Notes under the pieces: generated by a model
Database searches by the model: none
Told to the model about the DNA's origin: nothing
What the model saw: the letters and a program-made list of their open reading frames with translations, nothing else
Position numbers and translations under genes: made by a program
Origin: the human T2T-CHM13v2.0 reference genome, Homo sapiens
Reading direction: 5' to 3' (one strand)
NCBI RefSeq assembly: GCF_009914755.1
Contig: NC_060929.1
DNA: 64,000 nt
Shown: in pieces, positions 12,800 through 25,217 of the stretch
Numbering within the stretch: position 1 is the stretch's first letter
Layout of the letters: each line of letters begins with the position of its first letter

Positions 12800-13452
12800 C
12801 ATAAAATCATCCTGTTTCATCACAATTCCGTGTGTATCTGAGCTGTGTACAGCTCGGTATAGTATTCTAGGCTTCCTATTTAATGTTGCACCAGAGAGCA
12901 GAAATTTTAAGAATTCAGAGAAGAGATATAAAGATTATTAAAAGCGAAAGAAATAGGATCTAATATAAAATGTTCAAATGGAACTTTGGTAAACCCTTAT
13001 TCATTGTTTTAGAATTCATGATGATTCACATAATATAGCTGCATAAGGGGAAGGGCTGATTTTAATAATTTCCATTATAATTATCTTTAAGAAGAAAGGT
13101 TTAAATTTAGCTCCAAGCATAACACCAGATCTTCATCAAATACTCTTTGGTTTATCTAGTTCGGCTTCTCTGAAAGGAAAGGGCATTCTAACAAAATTTT
13201 GGAGTGGTTAGTGCCTGACTTTTTGCAGCAAGGACAGAATGAAAAGAAATGCGCCAACACATTTAGACTAAGTAAGCAGCAGAGGAGTTTGTTTAAACAG
13301 AGGTTGTCAGAGGAAGTTATGGCATCTACTTCTCTGGAGACTTTTTAAAATAGGCCAGGCACTCATCTCTCTGGGATGGTTTCAGCCTGCAGAGTAGCTA
13401 GAGGACAGCCCCAGGCCTTTTCAGGTTCCCTTCTCCCTCTACGAGTCTGTAG
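12800..13452 (+). mobile_element. L3/CR1 LINE 3' relic
   Basis: TCTACTTCTCTGGAGACTTTTTAAAATAGG...TCTGGGATGGTTT...AGGTTCCCTTC resembles the CR1/L3 3' terminus. Confidence 0.55.
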
Positions 13453-14869
13453 GCTAAACCATATCCGAGAAGGCCTCTTTGGCAGGGTAAGCTACAGTCA
13501 CCCAGGCTCATGTCTAACTATGATATTTTCTCACCGCATGGAATGATAATTATAGGAAGGAGGGTGAGGTCGGAAAGATTCCTCAACCACACTCTGTTGG
13601 CATTGCCAAAACAGGCACTCCCTCTGCCAGAATTGACTAAATGCAAGAGGGATGCCAGTTAGTACAGGATGATCGTGCTCAGTTGGATTTCATGTGTCCC
13701 ATTGTCTTACGGTGTGTGGTATGTGTGTGTCTGAAAATAGGGTAAGTAAAATGAATTGGAAAGAAAATTCAGTTAAAAATTAGGAAAACAAATGGGGAAA
13801 GAACCTGCATATTGTCTTGAGGTTAGACTCTAACATCAAGCATTCGATCCTAACATTTAGCATTTGATTTGAAAGGTTCCTTGGGGGTCCGAGGCCTATC
13901 CTATCCAGGATTGTGGTCCGTTGTGAGCAGATGGGGTTTCCCTCTTAGAAGATGAGCTTGGTTCCAGTTTCCTAGAGCCTTTGGGTAATGGCCGGTTGCT
14001 CACAAGAGCTGAGGAGACAGCATAGCTGACAGGCACAGTCAGAGGCAGCTTTAAATATCACGCACCCCATCATTTGGTGGGTGGGTGTGTTGTCGCTAAC
14101 TGTGCCGCCACTTCAACAAAGAAAGTGGTGAGTTGCCAAAAAACAAGGATGCTCCGTCTTAAGCATTAGGCTGAATTCTTCTTAGAGAAGTGTTTTTTTA
14201 ATGAAGAATTTTATCCTAAAATATTTTCCAAATTTACTTATCCAACGAAAGTAATTTAAGCATTGTAGCAAGTAACTAGAATCTGCAGAATGAGAACAAC
14301 TTTCTCTCACAAAAATCAATCTTCTTTATTCATCGAGTGGTCTCAGGTGCCCTGTGTGGGGTGGGGGCTTTCCCAATGCCACAATTATGCAGGCTGCTCA
14401 GAGAGACACTGGACCTGGCAACCAACTGCCCAGCTAATTTACAAGCAGGTGACAGGTGGTGAAACTATGATTTTGATATTTTTAAATGGTTCTTTCCTTC
14501 CCATAAATGCTGCTTTTTGGAAAGGTCACTTTAGTTTTCTTTAGGAAAATGAGCCTTTTCTCCCTCTCCCAAATGCTAAGTTGATGCCCTTCCCCAGAAG
14601 TCTTCCTGTTAATTGAGTTGGCCTGAAGGTCATCAACAATAATCAATATGAAGACTTGCTGCGACGTGCTAATTGACACTCCCAAAGAGGAATAGTGTCA
14701 ACAATCAATAAAGAGGACAGAGCACTGGTAGATTTATGGCTTTGATTTTGAAAAGGTATAGGAATGCCTGTGATGTTTCCCCACCCCCCAACCCCGTACT
14801 CCTTTTGAATGTTAATGCTTTCTTGAAGATGATTTCAGACACACTGCTAGGATACTGCCTCTACTCGCT

Positions 14870-15181
14870 GAAGCAGAATCCTCTGAAGAGTTGCTGAGGC
14901 AGAACTGAAATCATGGCTCACCTCAAAGAAGCAGCAGTATTGGCCGTTAATGATGCCTCACACAGAAAGACGATGCTCCTTTAACTCGGGGTTTTAATGG
15001 GAAGTTTCTAAGCCTGAAACAACAGCTTTAGACCTGGGGTGTGCCATCAGCTGCCTTGCAGCTACCACTGTCTACTGCTTTCACACAGCGTGGTCGGGAA
15101 GAATGGAAACTAAAGAGGCTTGTAACTACCTGTAACTGTTCCACCAGGAAATGGATCAAGTGTTTGTTCAGCCAGAGCCAG
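14870..15181 (+). other. CTXN3: Probable CTXN3 first exon 1a (5' boundary approximate)
   Basis: Donor CAG|GTACTT at 15182 in repeat-free sequence. The position agrees with my recollection of a gene span of about 9.5 kb back from the poly(A) site. No CpG island. Confidence 0.45.
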
Positions 15182-18100
15182 GTACTTGACCCAACCTGTA
15201 TCTTTGACGGGCTAATTAAATGCTTTTCTCTAACTTTACAATTGATGCATGAGCAATCATCGCATACATGCCTTTCGGATCATAGTTGTGAATTTAGATC
15301 TAGCTGTTAGATAAGTCTAATTAAACAATTGCTAGATAAAGTTAAGAAGCGAGGGGGTAAAATGTAATGATGCCTTTATTTTTAAAGCATGGTTAAGTTT
15401 ATAATGTTATTGATACTGGATGAAGAAGTAGTAAAACAGGCTTTTTTTTCTTTCCTAAGCTGCAGTAATTTATTTCTGAAAGCTGTTTGCCCATTATCGT
15501 ATTTTTTTTTTCAGTCACCTAAAACGTCCAACCTTCCAAAATGTAACAAGGATGTTCTGATTTGTTTACAAAGGATCACAACTCAACCACTCATATTGAC
15601 AGCGTTGACTGTCCCTGGCTGATAAGCTGTGTGCAGCACTATCCTTTTGAGATATCAGCAAGTAGCCGTTTTCACTATGAAACACACAAAGAAAGACAAA
15701 GAAAACCAGGTGGAACAGTAGGGCTTATTATTTGAAGTTAAAAGTTCCAGTTCGTTAAGGGTGCCTTCTGATACCACCGATTCCTGACTAGGCACCCTCA
15801 TGGTGTTTTCTGATGTTCTCAGCTAGGCAGTAGCCTTGCCCTGCAGTCCCTTAAAAATTCCTCAAGCAGATATTAAGAGGAAGATGAAGATGGGGAAGAA
15901 GTAAAGCTGAGATTGGGGCTGAGGCTGAAGACAAAGGTCTCCTGCTGACCCAGAGCTTAAAAGCAGCAGTGAGTTGAGAATAACAGGGTCCACTCCCAGC
16001 CCAAGCAGACGTGTCTGCAGGCTGACTTTGCAGAAACAAGCAGAGAACAGACTTCCCAGTGCAGCAGTGGGGGCTGGCAACAGTTCTGAAACTGCCTGTT
16101 GACATCTGTAGCTGAAGACATCCTCATGTTTATGAAATCATTGTTCGTAGGCTTTCTAGTAGACTTGAGTCTATGTTTTGAGAGTATAAAATATATTTAC
16201 CCTTAGCCCCCCTTTGAATTTTGAAGCATCAGGGCTATTGTATTGGAACAGGAGGGCTGTACTTGGAAAAAAATATAGAGATGTTGCCGTGTATATGAGC
16301 CAAAAACAAGGGGAGTGGGAGGATTTAAAATCTATGAAACACCTAGAAAGAGCCAGGAAATCTTTACCTGAAGTTCTTTGCTGGTAAGCAAGAGGGCCAT
16401 GAATTCTTTGAATTTATATGAAATATTTTGTATCTTTGTGTGTATATCCTGAATGCAGGTTACTGTTCACTAGAATAATACACAGAATTTCTAAAAGATT
16501 TGTAGGGGAATAATATTTGCTTATGTGGTGATTCTGTTGCTTAGATAACGAGGTGGCTTATACAGATGACTCACAGTTGTGGTGGGGATGGATAATAGGA
16601 TCATTTGGGAGATTTACACATCTAGGGTGGGTGAGTGGGTTGGAGAATGAAATGTACTTTGAGAGACTACAGTTATACAAACAGGAATGCAGCCCAGGCT
16701 TCCTTTAGTGCTAAAAGTAGAGAGGGATTCTATTTAGGCTCAGTATCAGGATGTGTATTACTTGAATCATTCAAAGCCATGTTAACATTTCCACAGTTAA
16801 CTTCAGAACTGTTGCAGAATAATGCAGCATTTTGAGTAAGTTTGTCTCTGTTGGTCACCGCAAATTCAGTCCTGCCTAGCTAGGCAATTCCGTTCCTGTT
16901 AAAGTCTAAAGATTGGTCTCGCTAGTCTGCCAGATAAATATAAATAAGGTTGATAGTATATCTTTGCAGGATAAAGTGTCCTGTCTATCACATGTGAATG
17001 GAAACTGGACAAGCCCAAGAGTGTCCTTGCTCAATGGATGGGCTGTTTTGACACCTACTTTTGAAACCACGTCAAGTCACGTAACTAGGTTTCTGATCCA
17101 GAAGTTTTAAAAATTAGGTACTGCAATTATGTGGTTTAGGAATATTTAAAATACAGACAGCATTGCTTCACTGCACCCTACAGGCCGTTAACACCTGAGG
17201 GATGACACCTTCAATTCATTCCAACGTGCCAGTGAAAAACTAGGGATCTACCATCATTTGGCGTTGGGGTGGTAGGGGGTGGTGCTACCTTTTTGGTAAC
17301 GATTTTTATAATTCTGGGCAGTTTATTTATAATTTTCATACCTTAGTGTGCTTGATCACATAATAGAAATTAAAAATAAATAACATTTTGCACAAAAATG
17401 GTGTAAAAAGAAAACACTCATTCATCCCCACCTACTTATCAAATCCCCACTATGTGCCAGGCAGGACTACACAGGTACTGCAACTATTAATTAGATCATT
17501 GCACCCTATTGCAAAAGGGTGGGCTCTTGAGTTGATGACCTGTAGAATCAAGTCCCTGTGTGTGGCTCCACAGAACAAGGTGTCCAATGCACTTAAGTAA
17601 TTCTGTCGCTGTCACTTAAAAAAAAAAAAGAAAAGAAACATGTCATTGCTTTAAGATACATTTTCTTCAGAGAAAGTATTTTTTCCTTACTGTGAAATTG
17701 TATAATGAGATGCTAATGAAATAAAATGTCCAAGGGATCCAAGCCTGAGAAGGGTACATGTTGACATTAATAGTTTTTGTGTAAGACATTTGGATTCAGG
17801 ATATTTTAAATGGCTGCCCTTCCCCACCAAAAAGTAGATTAGGTAAGAAAGAATTGACCTCTTAAATAAAAGGGTAACTTTCAATTTCTGGCTGATTTTT
17901 ATATTTCAGATTCCACCCATCAACACGGAGGCCAAGGAAAATTTAATGAGCCAAATAACTTATGGCTCTTCAAATTACAAGATCTGTGGGTTTTAAAGTG
18001 TCATTGTGACTTGAACTAGCTGTCTTTCTTTCAAACAAGACTTACTTCAAATGTGATGGTCCAGCACCTCAGTCCGGCTTGATGACTTGTGCTTTTGTTT

Positions 18101-18819
18101 TTCCTCTCTGCATCAGTTAGCTGGCACCTCGGGTTTTGAATTCAGTTCCCTGGACTGTAAGGGGTTGAAGATTTGATTTAACTTATATTTAAAAAGGCAA
18201 TGATCCCAGAACAGCAAATAATTCCTCAAGGAGCTTATTGTGTAATAAGGAGGAGATAAACACTGTCAAGACTCGCACTGTAATCAGTGCTGCCACCGAG
18301 TACAGGTGATGTCTCTGGAGATGGAGTAAAAAACACCCCATCCTTGGTGAAGGGAAACAAAGAAGGCCCCACCGAGAAGTGGGTATTTGGTGTGAACCCT
18401 AAGGGAGGGAGAGATGGAAAGAAGGAGAGGAAAGATGCTTGCCTCATAGTGCTTGCCTCCCCTCCTCTCCACAGATGGAAAGAAGGAGAGGAGGCAAGTA
18501 TTATGAGGTAGGAAACCTGGAGGTGTTAGAGCACAGCAGGTATTGGATCAAGCTGAAAAACAGACAAAATGAGGACATTCTCCACAGGTGTCCACAGACT
18601 CAGTTACACGGAAGTTTATTCTGATCAACACATTGGCCATTTTACTGAGAACTAAATGTGATTTGGTGTTGACTCCTTTCTAAACTTATAAAAATAAAAC
18701 TCAGATCTTAAAAATTCCATTGTCAGCATAGGTCCTAATCTGTGGTCCGGAAAACATCTGGGCATCAGGCCCACAAGGGGGTTAATGGGCTGTGGACACT
18801 GGGGTGCAAAGGTTTTCTG

Positions 18820-18984
18820 AGGGGAAGAGTGGTGAGATCTGGGCTTAAAGAGATGAATCGAGATGCAGTGTGTAGGAAGCATGGGCAAGGGATGAGGAAC
18901 GCCACTTTGAAAATTACTAAAACTAAAGCAAGTGACTAAGAGTGTGAATGACCCTGGCTGCAATGACTACGCCTGCTGGGCTTC
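18820..18984 (+). other. CTXN3: Probable CTXN3 alternative first exon 1b (5' boundary uncertain)
   Basis: Donor TTC|GTAAGT at 18985, giving a 125-nt intron to the exon-2 acceptor. CTXN3 is reported to use two alternative first exons (brain versus kidney). Confidence 0.5.
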
Positions 18985-19109
18985 GTAAGTAATTATGGGT
19001 GTCTTCTGTTTTTGTCAGTATCACAAGGGAGCTTGACTCGAGCAAGGGAATGTATTATATGACTTTTGAAAAGGGTATCTTTTAATTAAGGTTTTCTTTA
19101 ATTTTTCAG

Positions 19110-19216
19110 TATTAAAATTAGACTCTATTTCCTGAGCACCCACAAATGGACCTGACAAAGGGAAGACACAGATGTACTGCGTGATGAGGAAAGCCTATCA
19201 GGATTAAAATATGGCT
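19110..19216 (+). other. CTXN3: CTXN3 non-coding internal exon 2 (107 nt)
   Basis: Acceptor ttttctttaatttttcAG at 19108-19109; donor GCT|GTGAGT at 19217. Fits the known three-exon structure of CTXN3. Confidence 0.75.
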
Positions 19217-20644
19217 GTGAGTAACTGTGGTCCTTCTTTATACTTAAAATAGCTGCCATGTGTTATTATGAAGGCTTCTGATGGTGGTATCAAAATCCTT
19301 TGAAATAATAGACTTGCACAGATTTCCCTGGTCATCTAAAAGAAAGATGTCATTATTCAGTTAAAAGCAAACTTGCACATTTTCTAAGAATCATTTTTAC
19401 CAAAAAGGGACATTTTACTGCGAGACAGACATTTAAAAATTTACATGTCTTGAGATATTTTTGTATTGTGGTAGCAAAATGATTACATTTATTTCTTTTT
19501 CTCCACCTTATAATAGCTGATGCTTCCTTCAACTTATACATGCTGTTGGAGCTTTCTAAATCGGTAAATTATTGATTAGCTGATTGCAGGTTTAAAATCA
19601 AGCAGACTCTTCCAGGGATTTCAATCAGTCCTGGGCAAAATTGTGAATTAGTCAGCATTGGTTTCTGGATCTCTTTATCCCTTTAGCAACCACCTCCTGA
19701 TTGTCTCTACCCACCATCCCTCATCCCTCCCCTAGGGCTCTCCAGTGGGCCCCCTGTTCACACCACCATGCCTGTCTTCCTGTCCTGTCCAGGAGTCCCT
19801 CATTCCCAGCTAGGTCTTCCTTCAATCGCCTTTCTACTTACCACACTTTCCCCTCCTTCAGGTGGGAACGGTCCTCACAAATTCCTGCTAGCACATTAAT
19901 GTGCCACTTTCCTAGGTAAAATATTGCAATTTAGTAGGAGACGTTGATACTTTGGCCAAAAGCAGTTATTTTTATAGGAACTTGGGCACCACAGTGTGCT
20001 GGGAGAGGAGAGGATTACAACTCCCAATGTGCTACAGAGTTTTAAAAATTCTTTCACCTCTATTTGCTCATAATTTGGTATATCAGGAAAGGTTTGGTGA
20101 TGAAGACATTGGAGTATACACATATTTATATTTTAGGAGGCTTCTCAATGCAAAGAGGGTTAACCTTTCCTTTGTACCTTGCCTTTTAATCAGTAGAGGA
20201 TGGTAAAACTTCAAATTAAAACTGATTTTAAAAATCATTCTAATACTTGGCATCCTCGTGCAGAATCTGAGTCCCAGAGTCATTCCTAGGGTGACTGAAG
20301 AGGCAGATATGGCAGATAATCTGAATCAGGATGAATAAGTTATTTGCTGGAATTTCTGGAATGGTTGCCTACCACTGCAGCCCCCAAATGAATGGTTTGC
20401 TCGCTGTAAATCCTGAGTTGTGGGTGAAGCCTAGAAAGTATGAGAGTTGATCCAGGAGAGAAGGATTTGGCATTTGCCCTGTATGGAAGAGAAGGCTGGG
20501 GAAGACTACTCCTGGGGTCACAATGTTGCTCATCAAGTGGAGATCCCCGGTGGGAAGGGAGGGACTGAGCAAGGTATCACCGTCCTAGTCAGCCTGCTTG
20601 TGCTGAGGAGGTCATTCTCAAGGACTCAAAAGGTTCTCTATCTA

Positions 20645-21070
<426 letters not shown>

Positions 21071-23266
21071 GACTTTCTGAAAATGCATACCTGTCTCGGC
21101 TTTGTTGAGAATGGACAAAGAACAGGACTCTGGCCTCATTTGGGCTGGATGGAAAAAGGGCATAGAATGAGATTCTGATAATCCTGCAAGGAGAGCAGGA
21201 ATCAAAGTGAGAGGATCCTCAGTAGGATATGAAAAAGCAAGGAGTATGTCAGGGATGGCCTCAGCATCTGCTCCTCTGTCATCAGCGGGCTTTCCTTTGG
21301 CCCAGCCCTTGGAGAATTTTATATTTCATATGATTAAGTATAGTTTGAATATTTTTGGTGGACACAGATGGCCCTGGTCTGATGTGCTGAGGAGACCTGC
21401 ATTGGAGGCTCTGGCCTCCCTTCCTGCCCCTCCCTTCCTGGCCCACAAGGAATTAATACCCAAGGCTAGGAGGGTGCTTAGAAACAAGCAAACCAAAACA
21501 AAACCCAGTGCATTAATATCCTCTAAATTCCTAAAGAGCTTATTTTTTTAAAATGCAGTCAAATTTTTATCCCAATCTTACTTCCAAACAAACATGAATT
21601 ATAAATGAGTTTTGCAACTGTTATAGCCTTTAAAAAAATTCAAAGTGATAGAGCTGCAAAAATGATGCATTACCCGACTGGTAACTCCTTCCTCCCAGAT
21701 CCTGGCTGGGATCCCCCTTATAAATTGTTTTTTAAACGGTAATTTTACAAACTTTGAAGTGTCAATATAATGCAAACTGTTATGCTATGATTACTAATGC
21801 TGTACTTGAAGGCAATGATTATAAGTTAACTGAAGGAACATTGTATTGATGCTTTAGGTCACATATTCTATTTTTATTTGGTTATTTTCATTGAGCAAAA
21901 TTTATTTTGTGTCCGTGTTAATTTCCGTAGCTAATTACTGTGCTTTGTAATTTTTATTATAAATAAATTCATAATAAGTATCATTTAATTTTCTATATAG
22001 TAGTAGTGTCTAATGTATATACTTTTATTTACGATGTGATTTAAGTAGATTTCGTTCAGTATCTGAAGCTTTTAACGACCTCTGTGTATACTTGTCATGT
22101 ATATACTTGTATATTTATACGGTAATATACACTTGTATATTTATACAGTAATATCTACATATCTAAGTTTTTCCACCAGTAAAATTAAAATAGTGTTAGC
22201 TTGTCCTTTTCCTTCTCTTCCTCTCTACTGAATAGTCTTAAATGGTAGGAAGCCACTCTAAGGAAAACTGTCCTTTTGAAAATATGCATCGATCAATTCC
22301 TTTCTCTTGGCTTAATTCTCTAGGTGCTTCCCAGGGTCAAGTATTGAACCTGGTCTTTGTTTTCTGAGGAAAAAAGAAAAAGCAGCAGTAACTTGATAGT
22401 TTGGGAGACTGAGATACCTCCGTTCTCCCTTGGCTCAGGCAGTAGAAAGGAAAGGAGAAGCAGCATAGCTCCCTTAGTTGTGTCTTAGGTGAAGCAACAC
22501 TTGGCTTTGTTTGTTTTTCTTTTTTGTATACTTTTCAAAGGGTTTTCACAGCTCTTCATCCTTATTACAGCACCATGAAAGATGCAGGCATTGCTACTTG
22601 CATTTTTACAGCTTAGTGACCTCTCCAAGGTCCCACACCCGTTTTGCAGTAGAGTGGAGCCCGGAGCCCAGAACCCAATGCTCCTGGAGAAGGTTTCTAT
22701 TTTAAGCACCTTTTCTAGCCTCAGTTTCCTTGCACTGGGGCTAAAGAGATCCCTGCTTTCGTGAAGCTTGCAGTAAAGTGGCTAACATGTTTCAAGTTTA
22801 GCCACTGTGCTGACACATAGCTGAGGCTCCCTCAGTGGCGCTATCGTAAGAACAATGTGAGAGTAATATTAGTGGAGCAGAGCAGGAGGAGACTTGGCAG
22901 GGGAGGCTGGGTTCAGATGTCAAGTTGACAGTACACCCTGAGGTCAATATTACTGTGCACATTTCTCATCTTCTATATTATAGTCGTATTCCCTGCCCAT
23001 CCCTCCTGGCCCCAGGTGGCTCTTCTGAGAACAATCTGGTAATTTCATGCAAGAGTAAAATATCTTTCCCGATAATTATACAGAATTGAGCATCTCTGGT
23101 GAAAAAGAAAGCTGGTTTACAGATTTCTTTTTCTCTCTGAAAAATATGACTGTGAACCTAAAAAAATAAGGCTGCTATTTTATAGGTATTCCTTTCCCTT
23201 CCTTTTTCCCTGCAGATAACTCAGCCTCTCCAGAGTGCAGCCACCATGACCTCCGCAGATTGATGA

Positions 23267-23560
<294 letters not shown>

Positions 23561-24402
23561 GAGGGATGGTGTGGGATCTCCTCCTGAGGAGATGAAGTGC
23601 TTTGTGTCTTGGTGAGGATTCCCTTTATTTAGTGTTCTCAACAAATCAAATTTAAACAATATTTGGTCCCAGGACCATAATCCATTATTCCATAAATATG
23701 CAGTTGGGTTAAAGACATTTGAGGATGTTGGAAATGGACACTTATATAACTAATCCAACATAAGAAGGTTTAAATTTTTATGTTTGCTCAATGAATGAGT
23801 ACTCTTAAAATTGTGTGATTGTGAAACCAAGAGCGTTAATACTGACATAGATTTGCCATCAAACAAAACACCACCTGATCTGACTAAAGAATAAAAGACT
23901 AGAAAGGATCTCATATGAATCTGGTGACAAGGCCAGGAGGAGATTTCCTTGCTCTAATTATGTCTATATTTGTTTTATTTCATGGGCACCTATCTGGGTC
24001 CTGAGCAGAATGAGGAAGATTGCGCTGAATGGACCCAAAGTAGTTTCTTGTTTTCTCCTAAAGCAGGGAGCTTTGGGAAGCAATGGAAAAGCTTAAAAGA
24101 GATGATTCTGTCCTTGGTAAATGTGAGTGAGAATAGCGTTTTGTTTTTCAAGTAAAACTTAATTCAAAGGCTACAAAGTTTTAAAAACTATTTACCAAGC
24201 CAACTACATTATATGTATTCATATTAATAACATGTGTAGAGGTAGCTATACATTACTTGAATTTACACTTTACACAAATGATTTAAAAAATAGGTTGCAA
24301 GTGCAGCTTAAAGTTTTTTTTCAATGAAAAGTTAATTGTTTAGAGGAGAAGACTTTTATAGTCTTCAGAGGAATGTGTATTTATGATTGTATATAGTCAC
24401 CA

Positions 24403-24408
24403 AATAAA
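24403..24408 (+). terminator. CTXN3 polyadenylation signal AATAAA
   Basis: AATAAA preceded by TGTA elements (24376, 24388) and followed by pyrimidine-rich sequence. A second, proximal AATAAA lies at 23890-23895. Confidence 0.75.
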
Positions 24409-25139
24409 ACTTTTCAAGAAACAGAAATGCTTCCTCTCTTATTTCACCAGAACTAATGCACTGAGGGTGCTACCTGGTATTGAGTGCTGAGGCTTAACAT
24501 TTTTCCAAGAGAGGAGAAAAGAGTTAACAGCATGAAAGCTCATCTAATTCATCCCTCTCCCATTTCAAGAAGAGCTCCTATAAATTGTCCTGCACAGATA
24601 AAACCGATAGTTTTTAAGACCACCAAAAAGGGAGATGTGAATACCTCTTATTCCAACTTTTGTTGGAAGGAAAAACTTGTGTCTAAACCAACCCTGCAGA
24701 TAACTCAGCCTAAACCAACCCCGTTAGGCTGTATTTATAATCTATGTCTTCTAGTTTTCTCCTCAGCTAGTCATTACCTTTTTTGATTAAAAAAAGCACA
24801 CTTCTTTAACCTATTAATTATAAGATTTTCTTTTTCTTTCAAATGTACTGTGTCATGTGTGTCCTCATTAATTTTTTTTGTATTTTTGTTAGAGTCTATT
24901 CAAACCCACTCATGTATTTATGGAGCTCCTGCTTTGAGCCTGGAATTGCTAGCACTAGAAAGACAGAAAACACACAGGGCCAGTTCTTAATGTTGAATAC
25001 TTTTCTATCTTGTTGGATGGAGAATACATTTAAAAAGGCATATGACTGAATCATTGTTCAAATGACTAACATGGACCTGATGGTTCCCACATCATCAGAA
25101 TCAACTGGGGAGGTTAATATGTGTGCTAATTTTTATTAT

Positions 25140-25217
25140 TTTTTTACTTTCTATTTTTTTTATTTTTTAAGAGATGGGGTCTTGCTCTTTCGCCCACTGG
25201 AGTGCAGTGGCACAATA
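25140..25217 (-). mobile_element. Heavily 5'-truncated Alu (about 50 nt body plus tail)
   Basis: T-rich tail, then GAGATGGGGTCTTGCTCT...CTGGAGTGCAGTGGCACAAT. TSD GCTAATTTT(T/C)ATTAT at 25125-25139 and 25218-25232. Confidence 0.85.

Noticed and set aside
18504-18525. TGAGGTAGGA resembling the let-7 5' end in the hairpin 3' arm
   Set aside because: Only 10 nt match, it sits at the base of the stem, and the rest is unlike let-7; a chance match.
22825-22845. CTCF-like CCCTCAGTGGCGCTA
   Set aside because: Core spacing is one base short of the consensus on either strand.
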